DNA of 64,000 nucleotides from NCBI GenBank assembly GCA_050246635.1, contig JBFWVR010000002.1, positions 145,905 to 209,904 of the forward strand, written 5' to 3'. The position numbers and the translations under genes are program-made. The notes beneath the pieces were generated by a model. It did not search any database, was not told the DNA's origin, and saw only the letters and a program-made list of their open reading frames with translations. Below, piece by piece: positions 9,592-19,167 of the stretch (position 1 is its first letter; each line of letters opens with the position of its first letter). This DNA is from Vicinamibacterales bacterium. Its GTDB lineage: Bacteria > Acidobacteriota > Vicinamibacteria > Vicinamibacterales > UBA2999.

Positions 9592-10991
9592 CCGCCGGCT
9601 TCGGCTGGCGTCTCGTCATCCTCGAGGGCGGCCATCAGGCCGCCCTTCGAGCGTACGGAGAGTTTCCGCTCGATCCGCTCCAGCCGGTAGGCCGCCGCCT
9701 CGCGTGCCGCACCCGCGGCGCCGTCCGCCAGGACGTCCAGCACCAGGCGCCGCGCCTCTTCCAGGTCCTTCGATCGGTGCTCGTGGTGAATCGCCAGGGC
9801 CTCGCGCGCCTCGCGCCGGAAGGCCGAGGGACACCCGGGCAGGCTCATGATCTCCTGCCACGCCTCGGTCGCGGCGGCCAGGCGTCCGGCGCGTCGTCGC
9901 ACCACAGCGAGCCGCCGGAGCGCGTCGCCGGCGGTCGTCGCGTGTCCGCGGCCGAGGTGACGCGCCAGGCGGGCCGCGTGCGCGAAGCAGGCCTCGGCAT
10001 CCTCGGACCGGCCCGCCCGCTCGTACAGCCGCCCGAGCCCCAGGCACTCCATCGGGTCGGGTCCGGCGGACGCGCCACGGCTCACCAGCCGGAGCGCGCG
10101 GGCCGTCAGCACCGCGAGTGACACGAGATCCAGCCGGTTGTGCTCGAGCACGGCCTCGAGCGGCCGTGCGTCGCCGTCCCGCACGAACTGGAAGTACCGC
10201 GACGGGATCTCGAAGCCGGGCACGTCACCGACTCGATGCACGCCTGCCAGGTACTTCTCCAGCACGGTCAGCTTGCAGCTCTCCTCGTCGGTGCGTGGCC
10301 CGCCGAACGGCCCGAGCACCGACGGACGCTGCCGCCACAGGCGTCGCGCCGCGTGCAGCATGTCGAGGTGCGGCCGATCGCCGAGCGTGAACGCCAGACG
10401 GTGGAACAGGTACCGCGTCTCGATCAGCGGCACGTCGAACGTGCGGCCGTTGAACGTGACGAGCGTGTTCCAGCAGCCGGACCACTCGCTCACCTCCGCC
10501 AGGAGGGCGCGCTCGTGCTCGAACCCGGGCAGCAGGAACTGGCGCACGTGGATGCCGTCGCCGTCGACAACGGCACACCCCACGAGGAACGCCTGCGTGC
10601 CGGCGCCACCCGCCAGCCCCGTCGTCTCGAGATCGAAGAAGCAGAAGGCTGGTGGACAGGCCGGGCCGAGGTCGGCCAGGCCGGCCGCGCCGGGCCACAC
10701 CCGCGCGAACACCCCGAGCGCGTCGAGCTCCTCCGAGAGCGCCTCGAGCGTGCGTGCGATCGGCTCCCGCCCGTGGTGCGTGTCGGCGGGATAGTCGCGG
10801 TCCACGACGATCACGGCGCCTTCGCGCCGCTCGTGCACGCGGCCACCGAGGCGCTCCGCCGCGCCGGCCAGCCGCTCCGCGGGCGGCGCCGCCGGCACGG
10901 CCGGGGGCGCGGCCGGCTCCCGCGCGTCGGGCGCGACGGCCGGCACCGCGCCGACCACCTGCCGCAGCCGATCGCTCAGGGACGACGCCAT
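9588..10991 (-). CDS. RNase H-fold (DnaQ-like) exonuclease with C-terminal TPR-like region, MrfB/YprB-like
   Basis: [16 protein letters not shown]...[18 protein letters not shown]...[12 protein letters not shown] are exonuclease motifs. The C-terminus is helical-repeat-like ([27 protein letters not shown]). Starts 5 nt after the helicase stop. Confidence 0.7.
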   Translation of the reverse strand: MASSLSDRLRQVVGAVPAVAPDAREPAAPPAVPAAPPAERLAGAAERLGGRVHERREGAVIVVDRDYPADTHHGREPIARTLEALSEELDALGVFARVWPGAAGLADLGPACPPAFCFFDLETTGLAGGAGTQAFLVGCAVVDGDGIHVRQFLLPGFEHERALLAEVSEWSGCWNTLVTFNGRTFDVPLIETRYLFHRLAFTLGDRPHLDMLHAARRLWRQRPSVLGPFGGPRTDEESCKLTVLEKYLAGVHRVGDVPGFEIPSRYFQFVRDGDARPLEAVLEHNRLDLVSLAVLTARALRLVSRGASAGPDPMECLGLGRLYERAGRSEDAEACFAHAARLARHLGRGHATTAGDALRRLAVVRRRAGRLAAATEAWQEIMSLPGCPSAFRREAREALAIHHEHRSKDLEEARRLVLDVLADGAAGAAREAAAYRLERIERKLSVRSKGGLMAALEDDETPAEAGG

Positions 10992-10996
10992 GGGCT

Positions 10997-13426
10997 TCAG
11001 AAGGGCACGTCGTCCGGCGGGACGCGCACGGGCAGCGGCTCGGAGCGGCGGCCCAGGTGGTCGAGGATGCCCAGGGCCACGGTCTTCGCGAGGGGCCCGG
11101 TCTGCCCCACCGGGCCCACGCAGGTCGGGCAGCCGTTCTCGCAGTCGCAGCCGAGGATCAGGGCGCGCGTGCGCTCGACGAGCTCCGCGTGCATGCCGAA
11201 GAGCGGCTCGCTGAAGCCGATGCCGCCGGGGTAGGCGTCGTAGATGAAGATGCGTGGCGTGTCCGCCCCGCCGTCCTCCTCCCCCGCGTTGATCGAGAGC
11301 CCCACGTCGTGCTGGTCGCACATCAGCAGGAGGGTCGCCACCTGCTTCATCGCGAACGCCAGGCCGAAGACACCGTCGCGGCGATCGTCGGCGGCGTACG
11401 GCAGCGCCTCCATCACCGCGCGCGGGATCTCGAGCCAGTAGGACGTCGTGTGCATCTGCTGCTCGGGCATGTCGAGGTCGCCCGAGCCGACGTTCTCGCT
11501 GGTGTAGAAGCGGATCTTCTTGAAGCCGACCACCCGCGAGACGACGTGCACCTCGCCGTGCAGGGCGATCGCCTCGGCGTCGGCGCCGAAGCGGTCGAGG
11601 ATGGTGACCTTGGTGTAGTCGATGGCGTCGGTGTAGTAGTCGCAGTCCACCGCCCGCACGTAGGCCTTGCGCCCCTCGAAGTCGAGCCGCTCGACCTGGA
11701 ACAGCCGGCCCTCGACGATGTAGATCGCCTTCGGGTGCAGGGTCGACGGCCCGCTGGTGAAGTCGGTCTCGCCGATCACCCGCGATCCGTCCGTGATGTC
11801 CACGACGACGAAGTTGTCCGACGAGATCGACCGCAGGCTCACCGCATCGGCCGGGTAGGACTCGTTCGTCCAGTGCCACTGCCCCGGCTCGTCGCCCTGC
11901 TCGTCCGGCCCGGGACCGGAGCGGTGCACGAGGCCCGCCTCCTCCAGGATCCCGAGCACTTCCTGCACGTCGACCCCGCCAAAGGTGTCGCGCGTGGTGA
12001 ACGGCAGCTCGAAGGCCGCGCACTTCACGTGGTCCACCAGGATGTGCAGGTTGTCGGGGTTGACGAGCGCGTGCTCGGGCGAGGCGTCGAAGAAGTAAGC
12101 CGGGTGCCGGACGACGAACTGGTCGACGGGCGCGCTGGAGGCGACCATCACCGCCGCCGAGCGGGCGGCGCGGCGGCCCGCGCGGCCGGCGCGCTGCCAG
12201 GTCGCGGCAATCGTGCCCGGATACCCCGCCATGACCGCCACGTCGAGCGCGCCGATGTCGATGCCGAGCTCGAGGGCGTTGGTCGAGACCACGCCCCGCA
12301 CGAGGCCCTCGCGCAGGCCCCGTTCGATCTCGCGCCGCCGCAGCGGCAGGTACCCGCCGCGGTAGCCGCGAATCAGCTCCGGCATGCCCGGCACGTCCTC
12401 GAAATCCTCCTTGAGGTACGTCGTCAGGATCTCCGTGGCGAGCCGGCTCTGCGCGAACACGATGAGCTGCAGCCCCTTGCGCAGGAACTCGCCGGCCACG
12501 CGCCGGGTCTCCGCGAGGTACGAGCGGCGGATGCCGAGCTCGCGGTTGACGACCGGCGGGTTCACGAAGACGAAGAACTTCTCGCCCCGCGGCGCGCCAC
12601 TCTTCTCGACGTGCACGAACGGCCGTTCCGCGAGGCGCTCGGCCAGCTCACCGGGATTGGCGATGGTCGCCGACGAGCAGATGAACTGCGGTGACGACCC
12701 GTAGTGCCGGCAGATGCGGTCGAGGCGGCGCAACACGTTGCACAGGTGGCTGCCGAACACGCCCCGGTAGGCATGCAGCTCGTCGATCACGACGTAGCGC
12801 AGGTTCTCGAACAGCTTCGCCCAGCGCGGGTGGTGCGGCAGGATGCCCGAGTGGAGCATGTCGGGGTTGCTCAGCACCACGTGCGCGCGCGTGCGGATCG
12901 CCCGCCGCGCGTCCTGCGGCGTGTCGCCGTCGTAGGTGTGGACCCCAATCTCGCCGCCGCCCAGCTCCCCGAGCACGCCGGCCAGCTCGTGCAGCTCCGC
13001 CATCTGGTCCTGCGCGAGCGCCTTGGTCGGGAACAGGTACAGCGCCCGCGTCTCGGGCGACTTGAGCACCTCGTCGAGGACCGGCAGGTTGTAGCAGAGC
13101 GTCTTGCCCGAGGCGGTCGGCGTGGTGACCACCACGTTCTGGCCGGCCGCCACCGCCGCGTAGGACTCGGCCTGGTGGCAGTAGAGCTGCGTCAGCCCAC
13201 GGCGCTCGAGCGCCCCACGCAGGCGGGGATCGAGGGCGTCCGGAAATGGCGCGAGCGACGCCTCCACCGGCGGCAGGCGGCGCACGGCCGTCACCACGCC
13301 GTCGGGCGTGTCGGGGCGGTCGAGCCAGGGGCCGGGGGCCAGGTGCTCGAGCGCGCCCTTGAGCGCGACTTCCTTCCGCTCGCGGGGGTGGAGGGCGGGC
13401 AGGTTGGACAGGGAATCAGCCGCCAT
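10997..13426 (-). CDS. DEAD/DEAH-box helicase with C-terminal DUF1998 zinc module, MrfA/YprA-like
   Basis: TPTASGKTLCY (Walker A), VIDELH, SSATIANP, QRAGRAGRR. C-terminal CDCENGCPTCVG. ATG at 13426 preceded by AGGA; the ORF track starts 2 codons earlier at a TTG. Confidence 0.85.
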   Translation of the reverse strand: MAADSLSNLPALHPRERKEVALKGALEHLAPGPWLDRPDTPDGVVTAVRRLPPVEASLAPFPDALDPRLRGALERRGLTQLYCHQAESYAAVAAGQNVVVTTPTASGKTLCYNLPVLDEVLKSPETRALYLFPTKALAQDQMAELHELAGVLGELGGGEIGVHTYDGDTPQDARRAIRTRAHVVLSNPDMLHSGILPHHPRWAKLFENLRYVVIDELHAYRGVFGSHLCNVLRRLDRICRHYGSSPQFICSSATIANPGELAERLAERPFVHVEKSGAPRGEKFFVFVNPPVVNRELGIRRSYLAETRRVAGEFLRKGLQLIVFAQSRLATEILTTYLKEDFEDVPGMPELIRGYRGGYLPLRRREIERGLREGLVRGVVSTNALELGIDIGALDVAVMAGYPGTIAATWQRAGRAGRRAARSAAVMVASSAPVDQFVVRHPAYFFDASPEHALVNPDNLHILVDHVKCAAFELPFTTRDTFGGVDVQEVLGILEEAGLVHRSGPGPDEQGDEPGQWHWTNESYPADAVSLRSISSDNFVVVDITDGSRVIGETDFTSGPSTLHPKAIYIVEGRLFQVERLDFEGRKAYVRAVDCDYYTDAIDYTKVTILDRFGADAEAIALHGEVHVVSRVVGFKKIRFYTSENVGSGDLDMPEQQMHTTSYWLEIPRAVMEALPYAADDRRDGVFGLAFAMKQVATLLLMCDQHDVGLSINAGEEDGGADTPRIFIYDAYPGGIGFSEPLFGMHAELVERTRALILGCDCENGCPTCVGPVGQTGPLAKTVALGILDHLGRRSEPLPVRVPPDDVPF

Positions 13427-13494
13427 GGGCAATCCTGTGCAATGCTACACGATCACCTGGCGAAAGGCGAAGGACGGCGAAACCAGAGCGGTCC

Positions 13495-15924
13495 TCAGGC
13501 GTCCGCCAGCGACAGCGCGTCGCGCACGGCGTCGAAGTCGTGGTCGCGCGCCACGCGCCAGCGCGTCATGCGGGGCTGCTCCGCCAGCGGCCGCTGGAGG
13601 TGCGTGCGCGCGTGCGCCGCGTCGCCACGCAACGCGAAGATGCTCGCGACGTAGTAGCGCGTCGCGCCGTCGTCCGCCCCGGCCGCGAGCCGCGCGTTGA
13701 AGGACGACAGGGCCCGCGCGAAGTGCTCGTCCGCCATCGCCCCGTCCCCCTTGGCGAGATAGGCGGCGCCCATCTTCGCGTTGAGCTCGATGAGCGTGCG
13801 CTCACGCAGCACGTGGTCGCTGGCCGACAGGAAGTCCATCTCGCGCCGGTATTCGGCGATGGCCTCGTCGTGCCATCCCCGCAGGTAGTGGACGTACCCG
13901 AGGCGGGAGTGCGCGCCGACGACGAGCACGCCCTGGGTACCCGACATCGCCTGTTCCTGGAGCACGATGGCCGCGCGCGCGGCGCGTTCGGCCTCGTCCA
14001 ACCGGCCGCTCATCGCGTCGAGGAAGGCCAGCTGCAGGTACGCGTAGCCCGACTCGGCGTTGAGGCGCACCGCCTGCTCGAGCTCGCGAATGGCCTCGTC
14101 GACGCGGCCCTCCGAGACCCAGTAGGCCCGTCCCAGCGTCTGGCGGGCCTGTGCGTTGCCGGGCTGCTCGGCGACCACGGCCTCGAGCAGCGCGATGGCC
14201 TCGGCGGTCGTCCCCTCGGCCAGCAGGCCCATGCCCAGCCGGATGCGCGCGTCCACCAGCGAGGGGTTCAGCGCCACGGCCCGTTTCAACAGCTCGATGG
14301 CCTTGCGGTTCAGGTCGGGCAGCGCCATGAACGTCGCCTTGAGCTGGTAGGCGGCGCCGAGACCCGCGATGGCGTCGGGGTAGTCGGGGGCCAGCGCGAT
14401 CGCGTGCTCGAAGAGCGCGATGGCCCGCTCGAACGACTCGCGCCCCGCCAGCCGCAGGTTCAGCATGCCGCGGGAGAAGGCCTCATAGGCCTCGAGCGAC
14501 GCCGGCTCGATCGAGACGGCGGCCGCCGCCTCGATGACACCGGAATCGATGCCCGGATCCAGCCCGCGCGCCACCTGCTGGACGAGCGCGTCCTGCAGGT
14601 CGAAGAGGGCCTCCACGGTGCCGTCGAGCTTCACGGTCGTGGCGAGGCTGCCCGTCTGCACCTCGATGACGTTCGCGGTGAAGCGTACGCGAGGGCCGAG
14701 GTGCTGGTAGCCCCCGGTGAGCACCCACCAGGCCCCGAGTCGGCGCCCGAGGTCGATGGCCTGGCGCTCGTCGAGCGCATGGCCGACGGACGAGAACGTG
14801 CGGAGCTGGTCGAAGATCTGCTCGCGTGGCATCACCGTGAGGCCCGCCACGTGCGAGAGGTCGGCGGTCAGCGACTCGGCCACGCCCTGGCCGATCCAGT
14901 CGTCCGCCGGGTCGCCCGTGATGTTGGCGAAGCTCAACACCGCCAGCGACCGTGGCCCGGACCGTGCCGGCGCGGGCGGCGGCGCCACGGGCAGGCCCGC
15001 GGCCGGGTCCGTGAAGTCGATCGGGCCGCGCCAGGTCATCGAGGCGCGTGACGAGCCGTCGCCGGTGAGGCGCCGGCGGGCATTCGCGAGGTCGACGTAG
15101 AGCTCGCGCGCGGACTGGTACCGGAACGCGGGGTTCTTCTCGAGCGACTTGCGCAGCGTCGCCTCCACGTCCGCCGGCACGGCGTAGTTGTAGCGGGCAA
15201 TCGCCTCCGGCTCGTGGTTCAGCACCCGATCGACGATCTCCGGCAGGGTCGTGCCGGGGAACGGCAGGCGCGCCGCGAGCATCTCGTAGAGCACGACCCC
15301 CAGCGCAAACAGGTCGACCCGGTGATCCACGGCGCTGCCCAGCAGCTGCTCGGGCGCCATGTAGTGCACGGTCCCGATCACCGATCCCGCCATCGTCGCG
15401 CTCCCGGCCATCGTGTGGAGGTGGTCGGCGCCGGCGGCGAACTTGGCGAGGCCGAAGTCGAGCACCTTCACGAGCTGCCGCGGCGTCAGCATGAGGTTGG
15501 CGCTCTTGATGTCCCGGTGGATGATGCCGTGGCCATGGGCCTCGTCCAGCGCGTCGGCCACCTGCATCGCGATGTCGAGGGCATCGCCGACCGCGAGCGG
15601 CCCGCGGGCGATGCGGGTCGAGAGGAGCTCGCCCTCGACGTACTCCATCGCAATGAACAGGGCGTCGTCCTGCTCGATGAGGTCGTAGGTGACCGCCACG
15701 TGCGGGGACCGCAGGACGGCCGCGGCGCGCGCCTCGCGCGCCAGCCGGGCCCGCGCCTCGGGGTCGCTGACCGCCGAGCCCGTCAGGAACTTGAGCGCGG
15801 TGCGCCGGCCAAGGCGCATGTCCTCGGCGAGGTACACCTCGCCCATGCCGCCATGGCCCAGCGGCTCGAGGATGCGGTACTGGAGGAGGGTCTGCCCGAC
15901 GAGACCCGCACGGTGGGGCACCAA
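13495..15924 (-). CDS. Ser/Thr protein kinase with C-terminal TPR repeats
   Basis: GHGGMGEVYLAED, HRDIKSANLML, DFGLAK, APE. The C-terminal half is TPR-like. Start is TTG 15924 or GTG 15921. Confidence 0.9.
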   Translation of the reverse strand: MVPHRAGLVGQTLLQYRILEPLGHGGMGEVYLAEDMRLGRRTALKFLTGSAVSDPEARARLAREARAAAVLRSPHVAVTYDLIEQDDALFIAMEYVEGELLSTRIARGPLAVGDALDIAMQVADALDEAHGHGIIHRDIKSANLMLTPRQLVKVLDFGLAKFAAGADHLHTMAGSATMAGSVIGTVHYMAPEQLLGSAVDHRVDLFALGVVLYEMLAARLPFPGTTLPEIVDRVLNHEPEAIARYNYAVPADVEATLRKSLEKNPAFRYQSARELYVDLANARRRLTGDGSSRASMTWRGPIDFTDPAAGLPVAPPPAPARSGPRSLAVLSFANITGDPADDWIGQGVAESLTADLSHVAGLTVMPREQIFDQLRTFSSVGHALDERQAIDLGRRLGAWWVLTGGYQHLGPRVRFTANVIEVQTGSLATTVKLDGTVEALFDLQDALVQQVARGLDPGIDSGVIEAAAAVSIEPASLEAYEAFSRGMLNLRLAGRESFERAIALFEHAIALAPDYPDAIAGLGAAYQLKATFMALPDLNRKAIELLKRAVALNPSLVDARIRLGMGLLAEGTTAEAIALLEAVVAEQPGNAQARQTLGRAYWVSEGRVDEAIRELEQAVRLNAESGYAYLQLAFLDAMSGRLDEAERAARAAIVLQEQAMSGTQGVLVVGAHSRLGYVHYLRGWHDEAIAEYRREMDFLSASDHVLRERTLIELNAKMGAAYLAKGDGAMADEHFARALSSFNARLAAGADDGATRYYVASIFALRGDAAHARTHLQRPLAEQPRMTRWRVARDHDFDAVRDALSLADA

Positions 15925-15927
15925 TCA

Positions 15928-15935
15928 ATTATATT
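15928..15935. promoter_or_regulatory. Back-to-back -10 hexamers in a 19-nt divergent gap (TATAAT on the minus strand, TATATT on the plus strand)
   Basis: AATTATATTT is the only AT-rich patch between start codons 15924/15921 (-) and 15944 (+). The hexamers end 6 nt before the GTG and 8 nt before the ATG, which implies leaderless or near-leaderless mRNAs. Confidence 0.4.
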
Positions 15936-15943
15936 TCCGGGAC

Positions 15944-17260
15944 ATGACCACCCTCGCGCGCCGTCTCGGCCTGTGGAGCTCGGTCGGCATCGTCATCGGC
16001 ATCACCATCGGCGGCGGCATCTTCCGCACCCCCGCGGTCATCGCCTCCCGCGTCCCGGAGCCCACGGCCATGCTGGCCGTCTGGGTGATCGGCGGCCTCA
16101 TCGTGCTCTGCGGCGCGCTTGCCTTCGCGGAGCTGTCGGCCGCGCTGCCCGAGACCGGCGGGCTGTACGTCTACCTGCGGGAGGGCTGGGGGCGCCCCTT
16201 CGCGTTCCTGTTCGGGTGGGCCCAGCTCGTCCTGATCCGCGCGGCCGCGCTCGCGGGGATTGCGACGGTCTTCGGCGAGTACGCGATGCGGTCGTTCGGG
16301 ATCGATCCGTCAATCCAGCCAGGCCTGTCGAACGGGCTTGCCGCGGGTGCGATCCTCTTCGCGACAGCCGCCAACGTGCGTGGGGTGCAGGTGGGTGCGC
16401 TGTTCACCGGGCTGTCGACGGTCACGAAGTTCGGCGCCCTGGCCGTGATGGTGGCCGCCGCGCTGCTGCTCGGCGCCGGGCACGGCGCCTCGTGGACGCA
16501 CTTCGGCGCCACGGGCGCCGGCGTCGAGCCCGGGCTCTTCGGCCTGGCGCTCGTGTCGGTGATGTGGGCCTACGACGGCTTCGCCGACCTGTCGTTTGCC
16601 AGCGGTGAGGTCACCAACCCCCAGCGGACCCTGCCGCGGGCCATCCTGCTCGGCACGATTGCCATCATCACGATCTACCTGCTCTCGAACCTGGCCTATC
16701 TCTACGTCAGCCCGATCGCGGCGATGCAGACGTCGAACCAGGTGGCGGCGGACACCCTGGGCGCGATCTTCGGCGGTGTCGGTGTCGCGACGATTGCCGT
16801 GGTGGTGATGATCTCGACGTTCGGCTCGCTGATGGGGTCGATGCTGACGTCGCCGCGGATCTTCTTCGCGATGGCCGACGACCGCATGCTGTTCGCGCCC
16901 ATCGCCCGCGTGCACGGGCGCTGGGGCACGCCGTGGGTGGCGATCGTGCTGACGGGGCTGCTGGGCACGGCGATGGTGCTGACGCAGTCGTTCGAGGAGC
17001 TGACCGACACGTTCGTCCTGGCGATGTGGCCGTTCTATGCGCTGAGTGTCGCGGCCCTGTACCGCCTGCGCGTGACCCGCCCCGACCTGCCACGCCCCTA
17101 CAAGGTGATCGGCTACCCCTTCGTCCCCGCGATCTTCATCCTCGCGGCCTGCGGCCTGCTCGGCAACGCCCTCATCACCGACCCCTGGCGCACCTCCGGC
17201 GTCTTCGCCGTCGTGCTGCTCGGACTCCCGGTCTATTGGTGGTTCTATTCACGGGAATAA
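15944..17260 (+). CDS. APC-family amino acid/polyamine permease
   Basis: MTTLARRLGLWSSVGIVIGITIGGGIFRTP followed by about 12 predicted TM helices. Typical APC N-terminal motif. Confidence 0.85.
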   Translation: MTTLARRLGLWSSVGIVIGITIGGGIFRTPAVIASRVPEPTAMLAVWVIGGLIVLCGALAFAELSAALPETGGLYVYLREGWGRPFAFLFGWAQLVLIRAAALAGIATVFGEYAMRSFGIDPSIQPGLSNGLAAGAILFATAANVRGVQVGALFTGLSTVTKFGALAVMVAAALLLGAGHGASWTHFGATGAGVEPGLFGLALVSVMWAYDGFADLSFASGEVTNPQRTLPRAILLGTIAIITIYLLSNLAYLYVSPIAAMQTSNQVAADTLGAIFGGVGVATIAVVVMISTFGSLMGSMLTSPRIFFAMADDRMLFAPIARVHGRWGTPWVAIVLTGLLGTAMVLTQSFEELTDTFVLAMWPFYALSVAALYRLRVTRPDLPRPYKVIGYPFVPAIFILAACGLLGNALITDPWRTSGVFAVVLLGLPVYWWFYSRE

Positions 17261-17261
17261 A

Positions 17262-17337
17262 GAATCGAGAATTGCGAATCAAGAAAGGAAGGTTCGCGAA
17301 TTAAGAATTCCCGAATTCCTTTCTGTATTCTCGATTC
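17262..17337. terminator. Long AT-rich imperfect hairpin between convergent genes
   Basis: GAATCGAGAAT (17262-17272) pairs with ATTCTCGATTC (17327-17337). AGAAAGGAA (17282-17290) pairs with TTCCTTTCT (17316-17324). Confidence 0.6.
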
Positions 17338-17357
17338 GTGATTCTCTATTCGTCCCG

Positions 17358-18131
17358 TTAGAACCCGCGCGTTTGCCCCCCATCGACGACCACCGTGGTC
17401 GCGGCAATCCAGCTGGCGCGCGGTGAGGCGAGGAAGGCGACGACGTCGCCGACTTCCTCCGGCTTGCCGAAGCGGCCGAAGGGCAGCTCGCGGCGGACGA
17501 AGTCCGCGATGCCCTCGGGGTCGGCCTGCTGCCGCTGGTGCCAGGATCCGCCCTCGAACAGGATCGACCCGGGCGCGATGCCAACGACACGGATGTTGTC
17601 GGGCGCGAGCTGGTGGCCCAGCGACTTGGTGAGGCTGATCTCGGCCGCCTTCACGGCGTTGTAGGTCATGCGGCCGCCGGCCTCCCGGCCGAAGATCGAC
17701 GACACGATCACGATCACGCCGCCGCCGCGGCTCCGCATGTACGGCACCGCCAGCCGCGAGGCGCGGATCGTCGGGTACAGGGTCTGGTCGAAGGCCTGCT
17801 GCCACTCGGCGTCGGTCGTCTGCTCGAGCGCCCCGCCCTTGCCGAGGCCGACGTTGTTGACCAGCACGTCAAGGCCGCCGAACCGCGCGACCGCGCCCTC
17901 GACCAGCGCGCGCACCCCGGCCTCGGTCGAGACGTCCGCGACGACCGGATGCACCTCTGCGCCGCCCGCGGCGGCGGCAAGCTCGTTCGCGGCCGCCTGC
18001 AGCCGTGCCTCGCCACGCGCGCACACCACGACGTGGCACCCCTCGGCCACGAGCGCCCGCGCGGTCGCGAACCCAAGCCCACGGCTCGCGCCGGTCACGA
18101 TCGCCACCTTGCCAGTCAGTTCGAGATTCAT
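17358..18131 (-). CDS. Short-chain dehydrogenase/reductase (SDR)
   Basis: MNLELTGKVAIVTGASRGLGFA (TGxxxGxG), NNVG and the YxxxK region (YNAVKAA). Confidence 0.85.
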   Translation of the reverse strand: MNLELTGKVAIVTGASRGLGFATARALVAEGCHVVVCARGEARLQAAANELAAAAGGAEVHPVVADVSTEAGVRALVEGAVARFGGLDVLVNNVGLGKGGALEQTTDAEWQQAFDQTLYPTIRASRLAVPYMRSRGGGVIVIVSSIFGREAGGRMTYNAVKAAEISLTKSLGHQLAPDNIRVVGIAPGSILFEGGSWHQRQQADPEGIADFVRRELPFGRFGKPEEVGDVVAFLASPRASWIAATTVVVDGGQTRGF

Positions 18132-18242
18132 GTGAGTCGTCCGATCACGCGAGGAAAAGAACACGGAACACAACGGGGGATCCGGGGGACACGGCAGACC
18201 CGGAGCGTCGGGGAGATTGGCGGGGCCGAGCCGCCCGCTCAC

Positions 18243-18326
18243 CAGATCAACAGGTCGATCAGCAGATAGTTCCCAGATCGCCCGATTCCAAGATCAGATC
18301 ACGAGATCACCAGATCACGAGATCAC
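18243..18326. repeat. GATC-rich low-complexity tract ending in 8-mer repeat SAGATCAC x4
   Basis: CAGATCAC GAGATCAC CAGATCAC GAGATCAC at 18295-18326. Eight GATC sites within 18245-18324. Ends 6 nt from the DUF547 stop. Confidence 0.8.
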
Positions 18327-18332
18327 CAAGTC

Positions 18333-19160
18333 TCAACGCCCCGTGAGGTCGTTGAGACGCCAGTCGAACTCGTGGAACGTCATGCGGAAGTCGTTCTTCT
18401 GGAGGAACTCGGCCTCGGTGTTCACGAGGTGCGGTTCGATGATGGCGATCACCGCGCGCTCGAGGGGGCTTCGGCCGGCGAATCGGGCCGGCGCCTCCCC
18501 GGCCAGGGCCTGGCTGAACGCGTCGGCGCGCCACGAGAAGATCGGGCAGACGCTCAGTTGGTCGTCCGCCTCGTCCACATAGACGAGCTCGCGGCGCGTG
18601 ACGGTCTCGGCCGCAACACCGGCCAGCTGATCCTCCAGCCGCGCCGCCGTGTAGGCCTCGCTCCGGAGCCGGCCACCGCCGAGAGCCCCACGGCCCAGCC
18701 CGAGGAACACGCGCGGATCGCCGAAGGCCGCGAGCGGGCCGGTCTCGATCTGGTCCAGCGTGAGCGGGCCTGCCGCGGTGCGGAAGGTGCGTGTCTCGAA
18801 GGCGCCGGGAATCTGGCGGATGCTGTTGGGCGGGTAGGCCGGGGACCGGCCACGGATCGGGTAGTGGTCGATCACCGTGCGCAGGACGAACGCGTCGTAG
18901 GCGTTCATCCAGTACGCCATCTGCCGCTCCCGCGACCACCCGTCGAGCGTGGCCTTCGAGACGGCGCCGAGCGCGGCCACATAGCGGTCGAGCGCGCCGC
19001 GCTGCTGCCGTAATGCGTGGTAGTACACCAGCCCGTCGCGCACGTTGACGTCCAGGATCTGGTCGAAGGGCCTGTGCAGCGGGTCGACCCCCGGCGCCTC
19101 CGGCTGGCGGGCCAGCGGCGCGGCGGCGACGAGCAGCGCCATCAGGAAGGCGAGTCGCAT
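18333..19160 (-). CDS. Secreted DUF547 protein
   Basis: Signal peptide MRLAFLMALLVAAAPLA. ERQMAYWMNAYDAFVLRTVIDHYP and LTLDQIE resemble DUF547. Confidence 0.7.
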   Translation of the reverse strand: MRLAFLMALLVAAAPLARQPEAPGVDPLHRPFDQILDVNVRDGLVYYHALRQQRGALDRYVAALGAVSKATLDGWSRERQMAYWMNAYDAFVLRTVIDHYPIRGRSPAYPPNSIRQIPGAFETRTFRTAAGPLTLDQIETGPLAAFGDPRVFLGLGRGALGGGRLRSEAYTAARLEDQLAGVAAETVTRRELVYVDEADDQLSVCPIFSWRADAFSQALAGEAPARFAGRSPLERAVIAIIEPHLVNTEAEFLQKNDFRMTFHEFDWRLNDLTGR

Positions 19161-19167
19161 CCCGCCA

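Noticed and set aside
10997-13426. DUF1998 helicase as part of a phage-defence system (Druantia or DISARM type)
   Set aside because: The partner is a DnaQ-fold exonuclease with a TPR tail, which is the MrfA/MrfB layout. No methyltransferase, PLD-nuclease or other large defence-specific gene is adjacent, and the surroundings are housekeeping genes.
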